This document shows, one piece after another, positions 10,122 to 21,100 of a stretch of DNA of 64,000 nt (the first letter of the stretch is position 1; the number at the start of each line of letters is the position of its first letter). The DNA lies in contig DDVC01000073.1 of the NCBI GenBank assembly GCA_002345145.1, forward strand, positions 17,809 to 81,808, given 5' to 3'. Origin of the DNA: Bacteroidetes bacterium UBA2322. Its GTDB lineage: Bacteria > Bacteroidota > Bacteroidia > Chitinophagales > UBA2359. The notes below the pieces were generated by a model. It was given only the letters and a program-made list of their open reading frames with translations, was not told where the DNA came from and did no database searches. Both the position numbers and the translations under genes were made by a program.

Positions 10122-10841
10122 TTAAAAAGTTTCGGGATTGGTGGTTTGTTCATTGGTTTTTCGGTGTTGATTAGGATAAATAGTGCCTAATCCTCGGCTT
10201 GCGCCTTTACCTATGCCAATGTGCGATGGAATAAACAGGTTTGATTTAAATGTTAAATCAAAAGTAGAAACCGGTATGCCCTTATATTTAGCTATTTTAC
10301 TTTCGGTTAAATCGGTAATACTTACATCAAATCGTTTTTCTATTTGCCACCCTACACCCTTGGCAAACCAAAGTAAATGCGAAGCTAATAATTGTTCCAA
10401 AAACTGTATGCGCTGTGCCAGCGAGTCTATGCCCAAATACTCTTTGTAATTATGTTGGTTTAAAGCCTGCCAGCTTTGCACCCTAAACGGCATTGTGCGG
10501 TCTTTTACCTCTAAATGATACTGCTCCATTTTTAGGTGTGCAATTTTAAGCGTTATGGGTTCGCCGTGTAGTTTTATTTCCCAACTTCGTTTTGAAAAAA
10601 GGTGGTATATATTATCTACACCTTCTTGCAAACACAGTACACCGGGCTGCTGCTGCTTAAATACCTTATACTGTATAAGCGGATACCTGTATATAAATTT
10701 GCCATCGGGTTGGTGGTTGTGAAACATATCGTTTTCAAAACCTACTTTTTCGGCTACTGCCGCCCTAAATGCCGGAATTTCTCTCCTTGATATATTGGGT
10801 ACGCTAAATGAAACCGATAAATACCTTAATAAGTGCGACAT
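10122..10841 (-). CDS. cas6: CRISPR-associated endoribonuclease Cas6 (Cas6b type), orphan
   Basis: FHNH...YRYPLIQYK N-terminal motif and C-terminal Gly-rich loop GIGKGASRGLG; start MSHLL (10841). Confidence 0.88.
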   Translation of the reverse strand: MSHLLRYLSVSFSVPNISRREIPAFRAAVAEKVGFENDMFHNHQPDGKFIYRYPLIQYKVFKQQQPGVLCLQEGVDNIYHLFSKRSWEIKLHGEPITLKIAHLKMEQYHLEVKDRTMPFRVQSWQALNQHNYKEYLGIDSLAQRIQFLEQLLASHLLWFAKGVGWQIEKRFDVSITDLTESKIAKYKGIPVSTFDLTFKSNLFIPSHIGIGKGASRGLGTIYPNQHRKTNEQTTNPETF

Positions 10842-10882
10842 GGTTTGGAATGAATAAATAGGGTAATCACCTTTTGTTTCCA

Positions 10883-10890
10883 CAAATGTA
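10883..10890 (-). promoter_or_regulatory. -7 promoter element (TACATTTG) for cas6
   Basis: TAnnTTTG on the minus strand about 40 nt upstream of the cas6 ATG. Confidence 0.5.
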
Positions 10891-11148
10891 AGCAAAGTTT
10901 GTAAAAAAACGCTACCGTCTGTTTATTTCTCTTTAAATTTTACATGGTTGTTCCTTTTAGGGTAATTGATGCGGTTGTGAGGGAGGAGTTTTTTGATGAG
11001 AGTTTAGTTTATATTTTTACTTTTCATTACTAAACACCCGCCAATAAGTAATTACAACCCAAAGCACAATAATAGGGAATACAAACCCTTTCGCATTTTG
11101 GAAATTTTATATTTTTTGGTGCAAAAAACAATAAAAAAATACACAAAC

Positions 11149-11727
11149 TTACTTCTTCAATCTATCCGGATTGTCTGCCAAAAACGATTTCCAGTCTTTT
11201 GCGCCACCGCCCGATTTACCCGAGCTGCTGCTTTTACGGATTACCGAACCCATTTGCAGGTGATGGCAAAAAGCTACGCCAAGTGCATCGGTAGCATCAA
11301 AATACTTGGGCAGCGTATCTAAATGCAGCATACTTTTAAGCATTGCCGAAACCTGCTCCTTTGAACTGCTGCCGTTACCGGTAATAGCTTGTTTTACTTT
11401 TCGGGGCGAGTACTCCGTTACGGGCAGGTTTTTGAGCATAGCGGCGGTAATGGCTACTCCCTGCGCCCTGCCTAATTTGAGCATAGATTGTACGTTGTTG
11501 CCAAAAAAAGGAGCTTCAATAGCCATTTCATCGGGCAGGTAGGTATCAATTATAAAGGTAATTTTCTCAAAAATCCGCTTCAATTTTTGGTAATGCCCCG
11601 CACATTTGTTCAAATGTACTACGCCAAGGCTTAATAATTGTATATTTTTGCCCTCCAGTTCTATAATGGCATAACCAAATACAGTGGTGCCGGGATCGAT
11701 ACCCAAAATTTTAACCGATTTGCTCAA
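11149..11727 (-). CDS. ruvC: Holliday junction resolvase RuvC
   Basis: ILGIDPG, EMAIEAPF, KLGRAQG, EYSPRKVKQAITGNG, DATDALGVA; probable TTG start at 11727. Confidence 0.95.
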   Translation of the reverse strand: MSKSVKILGIDPGTTVFGYAIIELEGKNIQLLSLGVVHLNKCAGHYQKLKRIFEKITFIIDTYLPDEMAIEAPFFGNNVQSMLKLGRAQGVAITAAMLKNLPVTEYSPRKVKQAITGNGSSSKEQVSAMLKSMLHLDTLPKYFDATDALGVAFCHHLQMGSVIRKSSSSGKSGGGAKDWKSFLADNPDRLKK

Positions 11728-11833
11728 AAGTATGGTGTTAAAACGCCCAAAAAATGTGTGTAAAAAGTGATTGGTAAACACATTCAGGAGTGGTGTAGTT
11801 GATTGAGTGTATCTAATTTGTTTGTTTATCTGC

Positions 11834-12850
11834 ATGGACAAGAAAAAAATAGCCTATACGGGGGTTCTTTGGATATTTAAATTGCTTTTTACCGTGGCAA
11901 TAGGCTACTTGCTTTATATGCAAATAAGCGGAAAAACAGCAATAAGCGGATTAACCACCCTATTAAAAACGGTAAACAGCGTTCCTCAATTGCTGTATTT
12001 GCTGGCAGCCGCCTTGCTGGTATGGGTAAACTGGGGTTTAGAGGCTCTTAAATGGCAGCGGTTAATGCACCCCATAGAGCGCATGAGTTGGTTAGAAAGC
12101 CTGCGCAGCGTATTGTGCGGCGTGGCAGTATCTATGCTCACTCCCAACCGAACCGGCGAGTATGGCGGACGCATTTTAACCCTCCAAACATCGGGCAGCT
12201 TAGAAGCCATAGCTATGGCATTGGTAGGCAGTTACGCACAGCTATTAGCCAATATCAGCTTAGGTTTATCGGGCTTTGCCGCCTTTTGTTTTGTTTTTGC
12301 GCCGGTGGCAGCATTTACGTGGCTGCTGCCTGTTATGGGTATTATGGTGGTTTTGGGCGTTTTGGGGTGGTTATATGGCAGGGTAAACCGGCTGCCGGTG
12401 AGTTTAGCCCAAATTTCATGGTTACAAAAATGGCAACACCTAACACGCCCACTTGCAAATGCCAATAAAAGCGCCTTATGGGCAGTGTTGTGCTGGTCTT
12501 TTTTGCGTTATCCGGTATATGTTTTACAATTTTACCTCCTGTTAAAAGGTTTTGGCATACAGCTTAGTCTTACCAATGGCTGGATACTCATCAGCAGCAT
12601 ATTTTTTGTGCAAACTTTTATGCCTACCGTAGCCATAGCCGAGTTAGGCATTAAAGGCAATTTGGCTCTATACTTTATTGGGTTTGCTACATCATTGCAG
12701 GCATCAATATTGGCAGCCGTTTTTGGGCTTTGGTTGCTCAATTTGCTGTTACCCGCACTGGCAGGCTTATTTTTTATAGTAGTATCGGGCAATATGCGCA
12801 GCCTGTTCAGGCAATCGTCAAAATATACCCCCCTTATACCACAGAGCTAA
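11834..12850 (+). CDS. Lysylphosphatidylglycerol synthase TM / flippase-like membrane protein
   Basis: Multi-TM protein; NWGLEALKWQRL, TPNRTGEYGGR, ELGIKG. Confidence 0.75.
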   Translation: MDKKKIAYTGVLWIFKLLFTVAIGYLLYMQISGKTAISGLTTLLKTVNSVPQLLYLLAAALLVWVNWGLEALKWQRLMHPIERMSWLESLRSVLCGVAVSMLTPNRTGEYGGRILTLQTSGSLEAIAMALVGSYAQLLANISLGLSGFAAFCFVFAPVAAFTWLLPVMGIMVVLGVLGWLYGRVNRLPVSLAQISWLQKWQHLTRPLANANKSALWAVLCWSFLRYPVYVLQFYLLLKGFGIQLSLTNGWILISSIFFVQTFMPTVAIAELGIKGNLALYFIGFATSLQASILAAVFGLWLLNLLLPALAGLFFIVVSGNMRSLFRQSSKYTPLIPQS

Positions 12851-12966
12851 ACCATTAAACGGCAAATAGTGTTATCTTTTGATTAACACAAACGCCCTTT
12901 ATTGCAGGGTAGCACGGCTTACAGATAACTCATTTTACCCACCTTTTTCTACAAATTACCGCATTT

Positions 12967-14661
12967 ATGAAGTTTGAACAGTATCGCTATGAGCGACCCA
13001 ACATGCCCGTTTTTCAGAAAGAGTTTGACCACTTGCTCAATGAATTTGACCATGCCGAAAGCGCCGATGAGCAAAACCTCCACATTGAAATGATTAACCG
13101 CCTCAGAGCCGATTTTGACTCTATGGTTAACATTGCCAGCATACGCTACAGCATTGATGCCACTAACCCCGATTACGAAAAAGAACAAGAATTTTATGAC
13201 AACCAACGCCCTATTTTTGCCGGTTATGAAGCCCGATTTTACAGCGCTCTGCTAAAATCAAGGTTCCGCAAACAATTAGAACAGCGCTGGGGTAAACACC
13301 TTTTTGAAATAGCAGAGGTAAAAACCCTTACTTTTCACCCCAGTATTATTGAAGACCTCCAAAAAGAAAACCACCTCATTAGTGAGTACGACAAACTCCG
13401 CGCCTCAGCAAAAATTAAGTTCGACGGTAAAGAGCTGAACCTCTCCGATATTGTTGCCTACGAGTTATCGCCCGACCGCCAAGTGCGCAAGCAGGCATCG
13501 GAAGCTAAATGGCAGTTTTTTGCCGATAATGCCAAAGAATTTGATGAAATTTTTGACCAGTTAGTTGCCCTGCGCCATGATATGGCTAAGCGCCTTGGCT
13601 TTAAGAACTTTGTGCAATTGGGCTATAAACGCATGTTGCGTACCGACTATAACCCCTACATGGTGGCAGATTACCGCAAACAGGTACTTGATGTGGTAGT
13701 GCCACTGGCTGCACAACTAAGGCAACGACAAGCAAAACGCTTAGGCATAGACCATATGAAGTACTACGACCTAAACTCTGTGTTTAAATCCGGCAATCCC
13801 ACACCTAAAGGCAGCCCCGATTGGATTGTGGACAACGGTGTTAAAATGTACGAAGAACTATCGCACGAAACAGCCGAATTTTTCAACTTTATGCTCAACA
13901 GCAACCTTATGGACCTGGTGAGCAAAAAAGGTAAGGTGCCCGGAGGGTATTGTACTTATATAGAAAACTACAAAGCGCCTTTTATCTTCTCTAATTTTAA
14001 CGGTACCTCGCATGATATTACCGTGCTTACGCACGAAGTAGGTCATGCTTTTCAGGTTTATATGAGCCGCGATATTGAAACACCCGAATACCGCTGGCCT
14101 ACCTTTGAAGCCTGCGAAATCCACTCTATGAGCATGGAATTCCTTACCTGGCCCTGGATGCAAATGTTTTTTGGCGAGGATACCGAAAAATTCAAGTTTG
14201 AGCATCTCAGCGGCTCCGTGCTTTTCTTACCCTACGGTGTTACGGTAGATGAGTTCCAGCACTATGTATATGAAAACCCCACCGCTACTCCCGAACAACG
14301 TAATAAAGCATGGCGACAAATTGAACAAAAATACCAGCCATGGTTAGATTATGACGGCAACGCCTACCTAAACGGCGGCGGTTTGTGGCAAAAACAAGCC
14401 CATATTTACCATACTCCCTTTTACTACATAGATTACACCTTAGCACAGGTATGCGCTTTCCAGTTTTGGCAAAAATCATTGCAAAACAGAAACAAAGCCC
14501 TTGCCGATTATATTGACCTGTGCAAAATGGGCGGCAGCAAATCGTTCCTCCAATTGGTAAATGCCGTTAACCTTCACTCCCCCTTTGAAGAAGGCACCTT
14601 AGAAAAAGTGATTCAGCCCGTTACCCACTACTTAACGGAAGTAAACGATATGGCGCTTTAG
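12967..14661 (+). CDS. M3-family oligoendopeptidase (PepF-like)
   Basis: HEVGH zinc motif, CEIHSMSMEF, HIYHTPFYYIDY. Confidence 0.93.
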   Translation: MKFEQYRYERPNMPVFQKEFDHLLNEFDHAESADEQNLHIEMINRLRADFDSMVNIASIRYSIDATNPDYEKEQEFYDNQRPIFAGYEARFYSALLKSRFRKQLEQRWGKHLFEIAEVKTLTFHPSIIEDLQKENHLISEYDKLRASAKIKFDGKELNLSDIVAYELSPDRQVRKQASEAKWQFFADNAKEFDEIFDQLVALRHDMAKRLGFKNFVQLGYKRMLRTDYNPYMVADYRKQVLDVVVPLAAQLRQRQAKRLGIDHMKYYDLNSVFKSGNPTPKGSPDWIVDNGVKMYEELSHETAEFFNFMLNSNLMDLVSKKGKVPGGYCTYIENYKAPFIFSNFNGTSHDITVLTHEVGHAFQVYMSRDIETPEYRWPTFEACEIHSMSMEFLTWPWMQMFFGEDTEKFKFEHLSGSVLFLPYGVTVDEFQHYVYENPTATPEQRNKAWRQIEQKYQPWLDYDGNAYLNGGGLWQKQAHIYHTPFYYIDYTLAQVCAFQFWQKSLQNRNKALADYIDLCKMGGSKSFLQLVNAVNLHSPFEEGTLEKVIQPVTHYLTEVNDMAL

Positions 14662-14708
14662 CCGGTTGTCTGTTTTACCCAACTTGTATCTTTTGTGTTA
14701 ATTTGCCT

Positions 14709-14753
14709 TAAATTTGCAATACTATTGCCCGCTTACCGGTTTAAGCGGGCAAT
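14709..14753 (+). promoter_or_regulatory. -7 element TAAATTTG followed by a 12-bp perfect stem-loop
   Basis: TAAATTTG 14709-14716; ATTGCCCGCTTA/TAAGCGGGCAAT at 14724-14753. Confidence 0.5.
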
Positions 14754-14791
14754 TTAACCTAATTTAGCGCCCACTTCAACTTTATTCTGCC

Positions 14792-16444
14792 ATGTTTAAC
14801 AAAAAACGCTTTTCGGCATTTGCCCTGCTGCTGGTTTTAGGCATTTCGGCTAACTCCTTTATCCTACACAACAACTCCTTTGAAATAGCCAAAAATTTAG
14901 AGCTGTTTGCCAATATATTTCGCGAATTAGACGGCTATTATGTAGATGAACTCTCTGCGCAAAAATTAGTGCGCAGTGGCATAGATGGCATGATGAGTTC
15001 ATTAGACCCCTACACCACTTTCATATCGGAAGAGGAAATAGGCGTTTATGATTTGCAAACCACCGGTAAATATGGCGGCATTGGCGCTACTATCCGAAAA
15101 TCGGGAGATTATGTACAAATTGCCGAACCCTATGAAGGAAGTCCGGCTGCAAAATTCGACCTCCGTCCGGGCGATAAAATCCTCAAAATTGACGGCGTTT
15201 CGGCAAAGGGTAAATCTACCGAAGAAGTGAGCAAACAGCTAAAAGGCGAGCCCAATACACAGGTTAAAATAACCATAGAACGACCCGGTGAACCCAAACC
15301 CATAGAAAAATTGCTCGTAAGAGAAGAAATTGTTATTAAAAATGTGCCTTATTATGGTGTACTCCCCAATACCAACATAGGTTACATTAAACTTGCCGGT
15401 TTTACCGAAAAATGCAGCCATGAAGTGAGCGCCGCTTTACAGGAAATGAAAACCACAGGTAAAATCCAATCACTCATCTTAGACCTTCGGGATAATCCGG
15501 GCGGACTGTTAAACGAAGCCATTGATGTAGCCAACATCTTTGTTGAAAAAGATGTAGAAATTGTTAGCACTAAAAGCCGAAAACGCGAATGGGATAAGAG
15601 TTATAAAACCCGAAAACAACCTATAGACACTCAACTTGCAGTGGTCATTCTTATTGACCGAGGCTCTGCCTCGGCTGCCGAAATTGTATCGGGCGCTATG
15701 CAAGATTTAGACCGCGCCGTAGTGCTTGGAACTCGTAGTTTTGGCAAGGGATTGGTACAAAGCACCAAAGAAATGCCCTACAATACCCGCATAAAACTCA
15801 CCACTGCTAAGTACTTCTTACCCAGTGGCAGAGGCATTCAGGCGGTGGACTACTCCGGCGGGTATAGCGATAGATTAGAAAAAGTGCCCGATTCTTTGCG
15901 CACTGCCTTTAAAACCAAAAACAAACGCACCGTGTATGATGCCGGCGGCGTTGACCCCGATGTGAAGGTAGAAAGCCCTAAATTTGCCAATATCACTCAA
16001 AGCCTTTACGAAAAATACTTGTTTTTTGACTATGCCAACCTCTACCGCAATAAAACCAACCAAATACCGCAACCAACAACCTTTGAATTGACCGACCCCG
16101 ATATGGAAGCTTTTTTTGCCTTCCTTACCAACAAAGATTACGATTACACCTCGCAAAGCGAAGAACTGCTTACTAATTTAAAGTCGGCCACAGAAAAAGA
16201 AAAATACTTTGCCTCGCTAAAAACCGATATTGCCCAATTGGAAAGCAGTATTAAACACGATAAACAACAAGACCTCCAAAAACATAAACCCGAAATTAAA
16301 CAACTCCTTGAATACGAAATTGTATCGCGCTATTTTTATCAACGAGGGCAAATTATGGAATCATTAGAAGATGACCAAGCCCTATCCGCCGCCATCGGTA
16401 TTTTGCAAAACCCAACGCAATACAATCAATTGCTGGGTAAATAA
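14792..16444 (+). CDS. S41 carboxyl-terminal protease, paralog 1
   Basis: LDPYT, PDZ domain, ILDLRDNPGG, SASAAEIVSG, SFGKG. Confidence 0.93.
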   Translation: MFNKKRFSAFALLLVLGISANSFILHNNSFEIAKNLELFANIFRELDGYYVDELSAQKLVRSGIDGMMSSLDPYTTFISEEEIGVYDLQTTGKYGGIGATIRKSGDYVQIAEPYEGSPAAKFDLRPGDKILKIDGVSAKGKSTEEVSKQLKGEPNTQVKITIERPGEPKPIEKLLVREEIVIKNVPYYGVLPNTNIGYIKLAGFTEKCSHEVSAALQEMKTTGKIQSLILDLRDNPGGLLNEAIDVANIFVEKDVEIVSTKSRKREWDKSYKTRKQPIDTQLAVVILIDRGSASAAEIVSGAMQDLDRAVVLGTRSFGKGLVQSTKEMPYNTRIKLTTAKYFLPSGRGIQAVDYSGGYSDRLEKVPDSLRTAFKTKNKRTVYDAGGVDPDVKVESPKFANITQSLYEKYLFFDYANLYRNKTNQIPQPTTFELTDPDMEAFFAFLTNKDYDYTSQSEELLTNLKSATEKEKYFASLKTDIAQLESSIKHDKQQDLQKHKPEIKQLLEYEIVSRYFYQRGQIMESLEDDQALSAAIGILQNPTQYNQLLGK

Positions 16445-16497
16445 TTTACCCTTACAACCACTTCATTACAATACACCTTTAAGCCAAAAGGCATACT

Positions 16498-18174
16498 ATG
16501 AAACTGAAAAAATATATCACCCTTTTTGCCGCACTGATAGCCCTGCTGGGCACCGCCACCCTTTCTTACTCATTTTGGGATAACGGAAGTAAATATTTTG
16601 AAATTGCCAAAAATATGAGCTTATATGCCGATTTATACCGTACCCTCGACGAAAATTACGTGGACAAAATAGAACCCGCCGGGCTAATGCGAAAAGGCAT
16701 TGACTCTATGCTAAAAACCCTTGACCCTTATACCAACTACATTACCGAAGCACAAATAGAGGGTTTCCGTATGCAGCGAACCGGCGCTGCCGGCAATATA
16801 GGGGCAGAACTGCTGCTTCGAGATAACTACGTTTACCTTGCCGCTATTTCGCAAAATCAGGCAGCTTTTAAAGCCGGACTCATGGCAGGCGATAAAATTG
16901 TGGCCATTAACGGCACCTCTGCCCAAAACCGCACCATTGAAGAAGTACAGCAAATACTGCAAGGACAGCCCGGCTCTGAGGTAAAAATTACCTACCTCCG
17001 CCCGGGTGCTGCCGAAGAAAAAACCGTTTCGGTAATCAGAGATAAAGAAGAGGGTAACAGTGTGCCTCATTTTGATATGGTTGATGCCAATACTGCTTAT
17101 ATTAAACATACCACCTTTACCCAAAATTGCAGCGGCGAGGTGGCGCAGGCATTAAAAGAACTCCAAAGCAAAAACGAGGTAAAAAACCTCATTTTAGATT
17201 TAAGGCAAAACGGAGGCGGTTTACTTACTGAATCCATCAACATGGTCAATCTGTTTGTGCCTTCCGGTCAGTTAGTGGTAAAAACCGCCGGTAAAACCGA
17301 AGAATGGCGCAAAGATTACAAAACCCAATCTGAGCCTATTGCACCCGGTTTGCCGTTGGTAATACTCATTGATGAGCGCTCTGCCTCCGCTTCCGAAATT
17401 GTATCGGGCACTATTCAGGATTTAGACCGAGGTGTAATTGTGGGCAAACAAAGTTTTGGCAAAGGATTGGTGCAGCAAACCAAAGACATAGGTTATAATG
17501 CCAAACTAAAACTAACGGTTTCTAAGTATTACATTCCCAGCGGACGCTGTGTGCAGGCAATAGATTACTCCGGAAAATACTTTGACGGAAAGTCTAACTT
17601 GCCCGATTCTTTGCGAAAAGCCTTTAAAACCCGAAATGGCAGAACCGTTTACGATGGCAGCGGCGTAGCGCCCGATGTAACGGTAGATAAACCCGAGCTA
17701 TCAAATATAACCAAAAGTTTGCAAGAAAATTTCCTGATTTTTGACTATGCCACACTATACCGACAAAAGCATGATAGCATTGCCCCGCCTACCAAGTTTG
17801 TTTTTACCGATGCCGATTTTGCCGACTTTGTACAGTTTATCTCCGATAAACAATACGAATATACTACCGAAAGCGAAAAACTGTTAGCCGAGCTGCTCAA
17901 AAGTGTAAAAGAGGAAAAGTATAGCGATAAAGTGGCAGAAGTAATCAGCAGGCTTAAAACAAAAATAAAGGAGGAAAAACAAAAAGACCTCCAAAAATTT
18001 AAGCCCGAAATTACAGAACTGCTCAAATTAGAAATCATTTCTCGATACTACTATCAAAAAGGCAAGGTACAAGCTACCTTAAACAACGACGAAAACATTA
18101 AAAAAGCCCTCGCCCTATTCAAAAACCCTGCCGAGTACGAAAAGATTCTAAAAGGCAGCGCCGGCGGCAAGTAA
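16498..18174 (+). CDS. S41 carboxyl-terminal protease, paralog 2
   Basis: LDPYT, ILDLRQNGGG, SASASEIVSG, SFGKG; collinear with paralog 1. Confidence 0.93.
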   Translation: MKLKKYITLFAALIALLGTATLSYSFWDNGSKYFEIAKNMSLYADLYRTLDENYVDKIEPAGLMRKGIDSMLKTLDPYTNYITEAQIEGFRMQRTGAAGNIGAELLLRDNYVYLAAISQNQAAFKAGLMAGDKIVAINGTSAQNRTIEEVQQILQGQPGSEVKITYLRPGAAEEKTVSVIRDKEEGNSVPHFDMVDANTAYIKHTTFTQNCSGEVAQALKELQSKNEVKNLILDLRQNGGGLLTESINMVNLFVPSGQLVVKTAGKTEEWRKDYKTQSEPIAPGLPLVILIDERSASASEIVSGTIQDLDRGVIVGKQSFGKGLVQQTKDIGYNAKLKLTVSKYYIPSGRCVQAIDYSGKYFDGKSNLPDSLRKAFKTRNGRTVYDGSGVAPDVTVDKPELSNITKSLQENFLIFDYATLYRQKHDSIAPPTKFVFTDADFADFVQFISDKQYEYTTESEKLLAELLKSVKEEKYSDKVAEVISRLKTKIKEEKQKDLQKFKPEITELLKLEIISRYYYQKGKVQATLNNDENIKKALALFKNPAEYEKILKGSAGGK

Positions 18175-18181
18175 AACACAC

Positions 18182-21100
18182 CTAAAACAAAGCCTGCACC
18201 GATGCTCTGCCGGTATGGTTCATGGGGCTGTTGCCGGCTTTGCGCCCATCGTACCCAAAGTTGAGCTGCATGTTATTGGCAAGCCTTGTGCTGAGGTTAA
18301 TGCTCCACAGGTAATTGCTGCCGGGTAATAAACCGTCGAGCAGGTTGTAGGCGGCGGCGGTATTGGGTGCGCCTTTATAGCTGATGTGGGCATAACTCAA
18401 TCGGGCGGTTATATTGCTTTTTATGGCATTGCCTAATTGAGTTTCGGCAGTTAGTTTTTGTTGCCGGGCAGGAAAAAGTGACTCGGTAAGGTAGTCAGCG
18501 CTAAATTTATAGGTATAAGAACCGGTAAATCTTATGCGTTTGTTCAGCACTAAATCGGCAGCGGGGTCTATGCTCCAGTAGCGGATACGGTAATTTTGGG
18601 TGGCAAACGCCTGCGATATTCCCCCCAGTTTACCTATGCTCGATGCCATACGAAGCATTGTTTTGGTACTTGGCGCTACCCTAAACCCGGGTTTCCACTC
18701 GGTTTTCAAACGGCGGTCGGCTCCATTTACTAAAAAATTGGTTACCGATAGGTACAACTGTTGCACACTTACCTCCCAGTTGGGGCTGTTACGGTTAATA
18801 AACAAGGCGTTTTGTATGTTAGCGCTTTCGGCAACCAATTGGGCAAAATCGGGCGTATCGCCCAGCGGCAAGTAGGCTTGCCATGTACGCAGCGTTGTTT
18901 CTCGCCTTATGCTCAAACTGCTTTGGGTAGAAAAAAGGCTTATTATCTTTTTTATGCCTTTTTGGTTAAACCAAACGGCTTTTGGGGTAATAAACAGGGC
19001 TTGGTTAAACTGCACTATATTGGTAGGTTGGTATTTACCGGTTGGCAGTACTATTCTGATGTATCGGGCTTCAACCAGATTGTTTTCGTTAGCCGGAAAA
19101 AACTCGTCTAATTCTTCTAAACCGTTGTTATTGTTATCTAACCAAACAAAGTTACCCATACCGTTGCTCACTTTTTCGTAGTAAAACTCGGTTTGCTGTC
19201 GTTGTCCGGAGCCTATTTGGTACTGGGTGGTGGTTCGCAACCAGCCTTTACCTACGGTTTCGGTAAAATTTACCTCGCCCAATACGCTGTTCAGTTCAAC
19301 GGCTTTTAGCACGGTGGAGTCTATAACTTGCAGGTTTCGGTAGGTAAAATTGTAAGAAAACTGGTGTCGGGGATTTTTGGTAAGTGCGCCGTTTAGGTTG
19401 AGCGTATTACCGGTGTTGGCAAGGGCAAAATCATTAGTTTGGCTCATGGGGGCATAATCCCAGCGTTTAATAAGGTTTAGGGCAAATCGGTTGGCGCTGG
19501 TATCGGGCGTTTTTACAAACACCTCAGTTTGGTTGTAGTAAAAACTTCGGGCGGGCAAAATAGCATCGGCTTGGGTAAATCGGTTTTGTTCTTGTTCGGC
19601 ACGCGCGCCCATTTGCCATTGTTTTTTCCCTATTGTTCTACTTACCTCGCCATTGGGGCGCAAAAAGCGGCTACCCGATTGGGCATTATCCATAGCAGAG
19701 GTAAGGAAACTTAGGTTTACCCTTGCCGCCCAGCCTTTTTTGTTTTGGTATCGGGCGGCGGCGGTGTGCATAAACCCGCTATATACCCCCTTTTGGCGCA
19801 CAAGCAAGTTTACTCGGTATTGCACATCGGTATTGGTGCCTATTTTCAGATTAGCGCCTGCATAAGCAAGGTGTTCATTGGTTTGGGTAAGGGTGGCAGG
19901 CAGGCTCCAGTTTCGGGTAAATTCTATTTCGCGGTAAGGCTCTAAAATTTTAAATTGTTGCTGTAAAAATTCGTAATGTGCAGTAGTGAGCAGGGTTATT
20001 TTGCGCTGTTTAGAAAGGGTAAACAAGTTTTGGTAACCCAATCGGGCGGCAAAACCTTTGTTTTGTTGGTTGTCAATATCGGAAACCGAATTGGGGTCAA
20101 AATTGCTCACGGCAAACTCGGCGCTCCATTTTTGCCGGGCAGTGGGGGTAAAATCAGCGCCCATGCTCATCATGTTGTTCCGTTTTGGGGTAATCATTTT
20201 TAGCAGCGGCTCAAAACTGCCCCTTGGCGCACCGGTAAGGCTATCGGGGGTTATCCAAGTATAAGCACGTCCGTTTATATTACCGTCTGCAAGCCGATAG
20301 TTTCCATTGCCCTCGCCCACAAAACTAAAAGTTACCGCATACAAAGCCTTTGCCGGATTTACCGAATACACAAAAACCGAGTCATACACCATGCCGTTTA
20401 CTACGGTATCTATCAGTTGGTACATCACCCTATCGGGGTTAAAGCCCGTATTTTGCCAGCCGGGCAGCACTGCCTGTTCAATGTTATTGCCTATATTTTG
20501 CAATACCGACAAATAATTATCGGGCAGTGTAACATCGGTTAGGAGTTGGCTTTTTGCATCTTGTTCCGAAAAATAATTGACCCGATAGGTTATTTTTTCC
20601 TGTTTTGCGACAGCATTTGCCTGCACAAGTGAGCGCAGGTAAGTTTGGTTGGTGTATTGAAACTCAATGGTAATGCGTTTGTCTTTGTTAATAATTTGGC
20701 GGGGAGTAAAGGTAATTTCGGCAGTATTGTAGTCAATAATGTAATCAAGCGTAGCTCCGCGTTCTAATAACTTCCCATCTATAAACACCCGTTCGCTACC
20801 CGAAAGCACAATGATAAAAACCTCGCCATTAGCGCCGGTTAGCCTATACGGACCCTGGTTGCCCTCTAAACCGTCAAAACTGAGGCGATGATACGAACCT
20901 CTTGCCATAGCGCCGGCTGCCGAACCGGTTAGCTCTACCCCGTTTTTACCCGATGTTTTAAAACCCGACCCCATATTTATACCCTGCAAACGCCGCACAT
21001 ACTGCATAAAATAGCTGTTTAGGGGCGTTCGCAGGTCATAATCGCCCAGCAGCAGCGAGTGCCGGTTTTTTCGCAGTTGAATGTAAATGCGGTCAAACTC

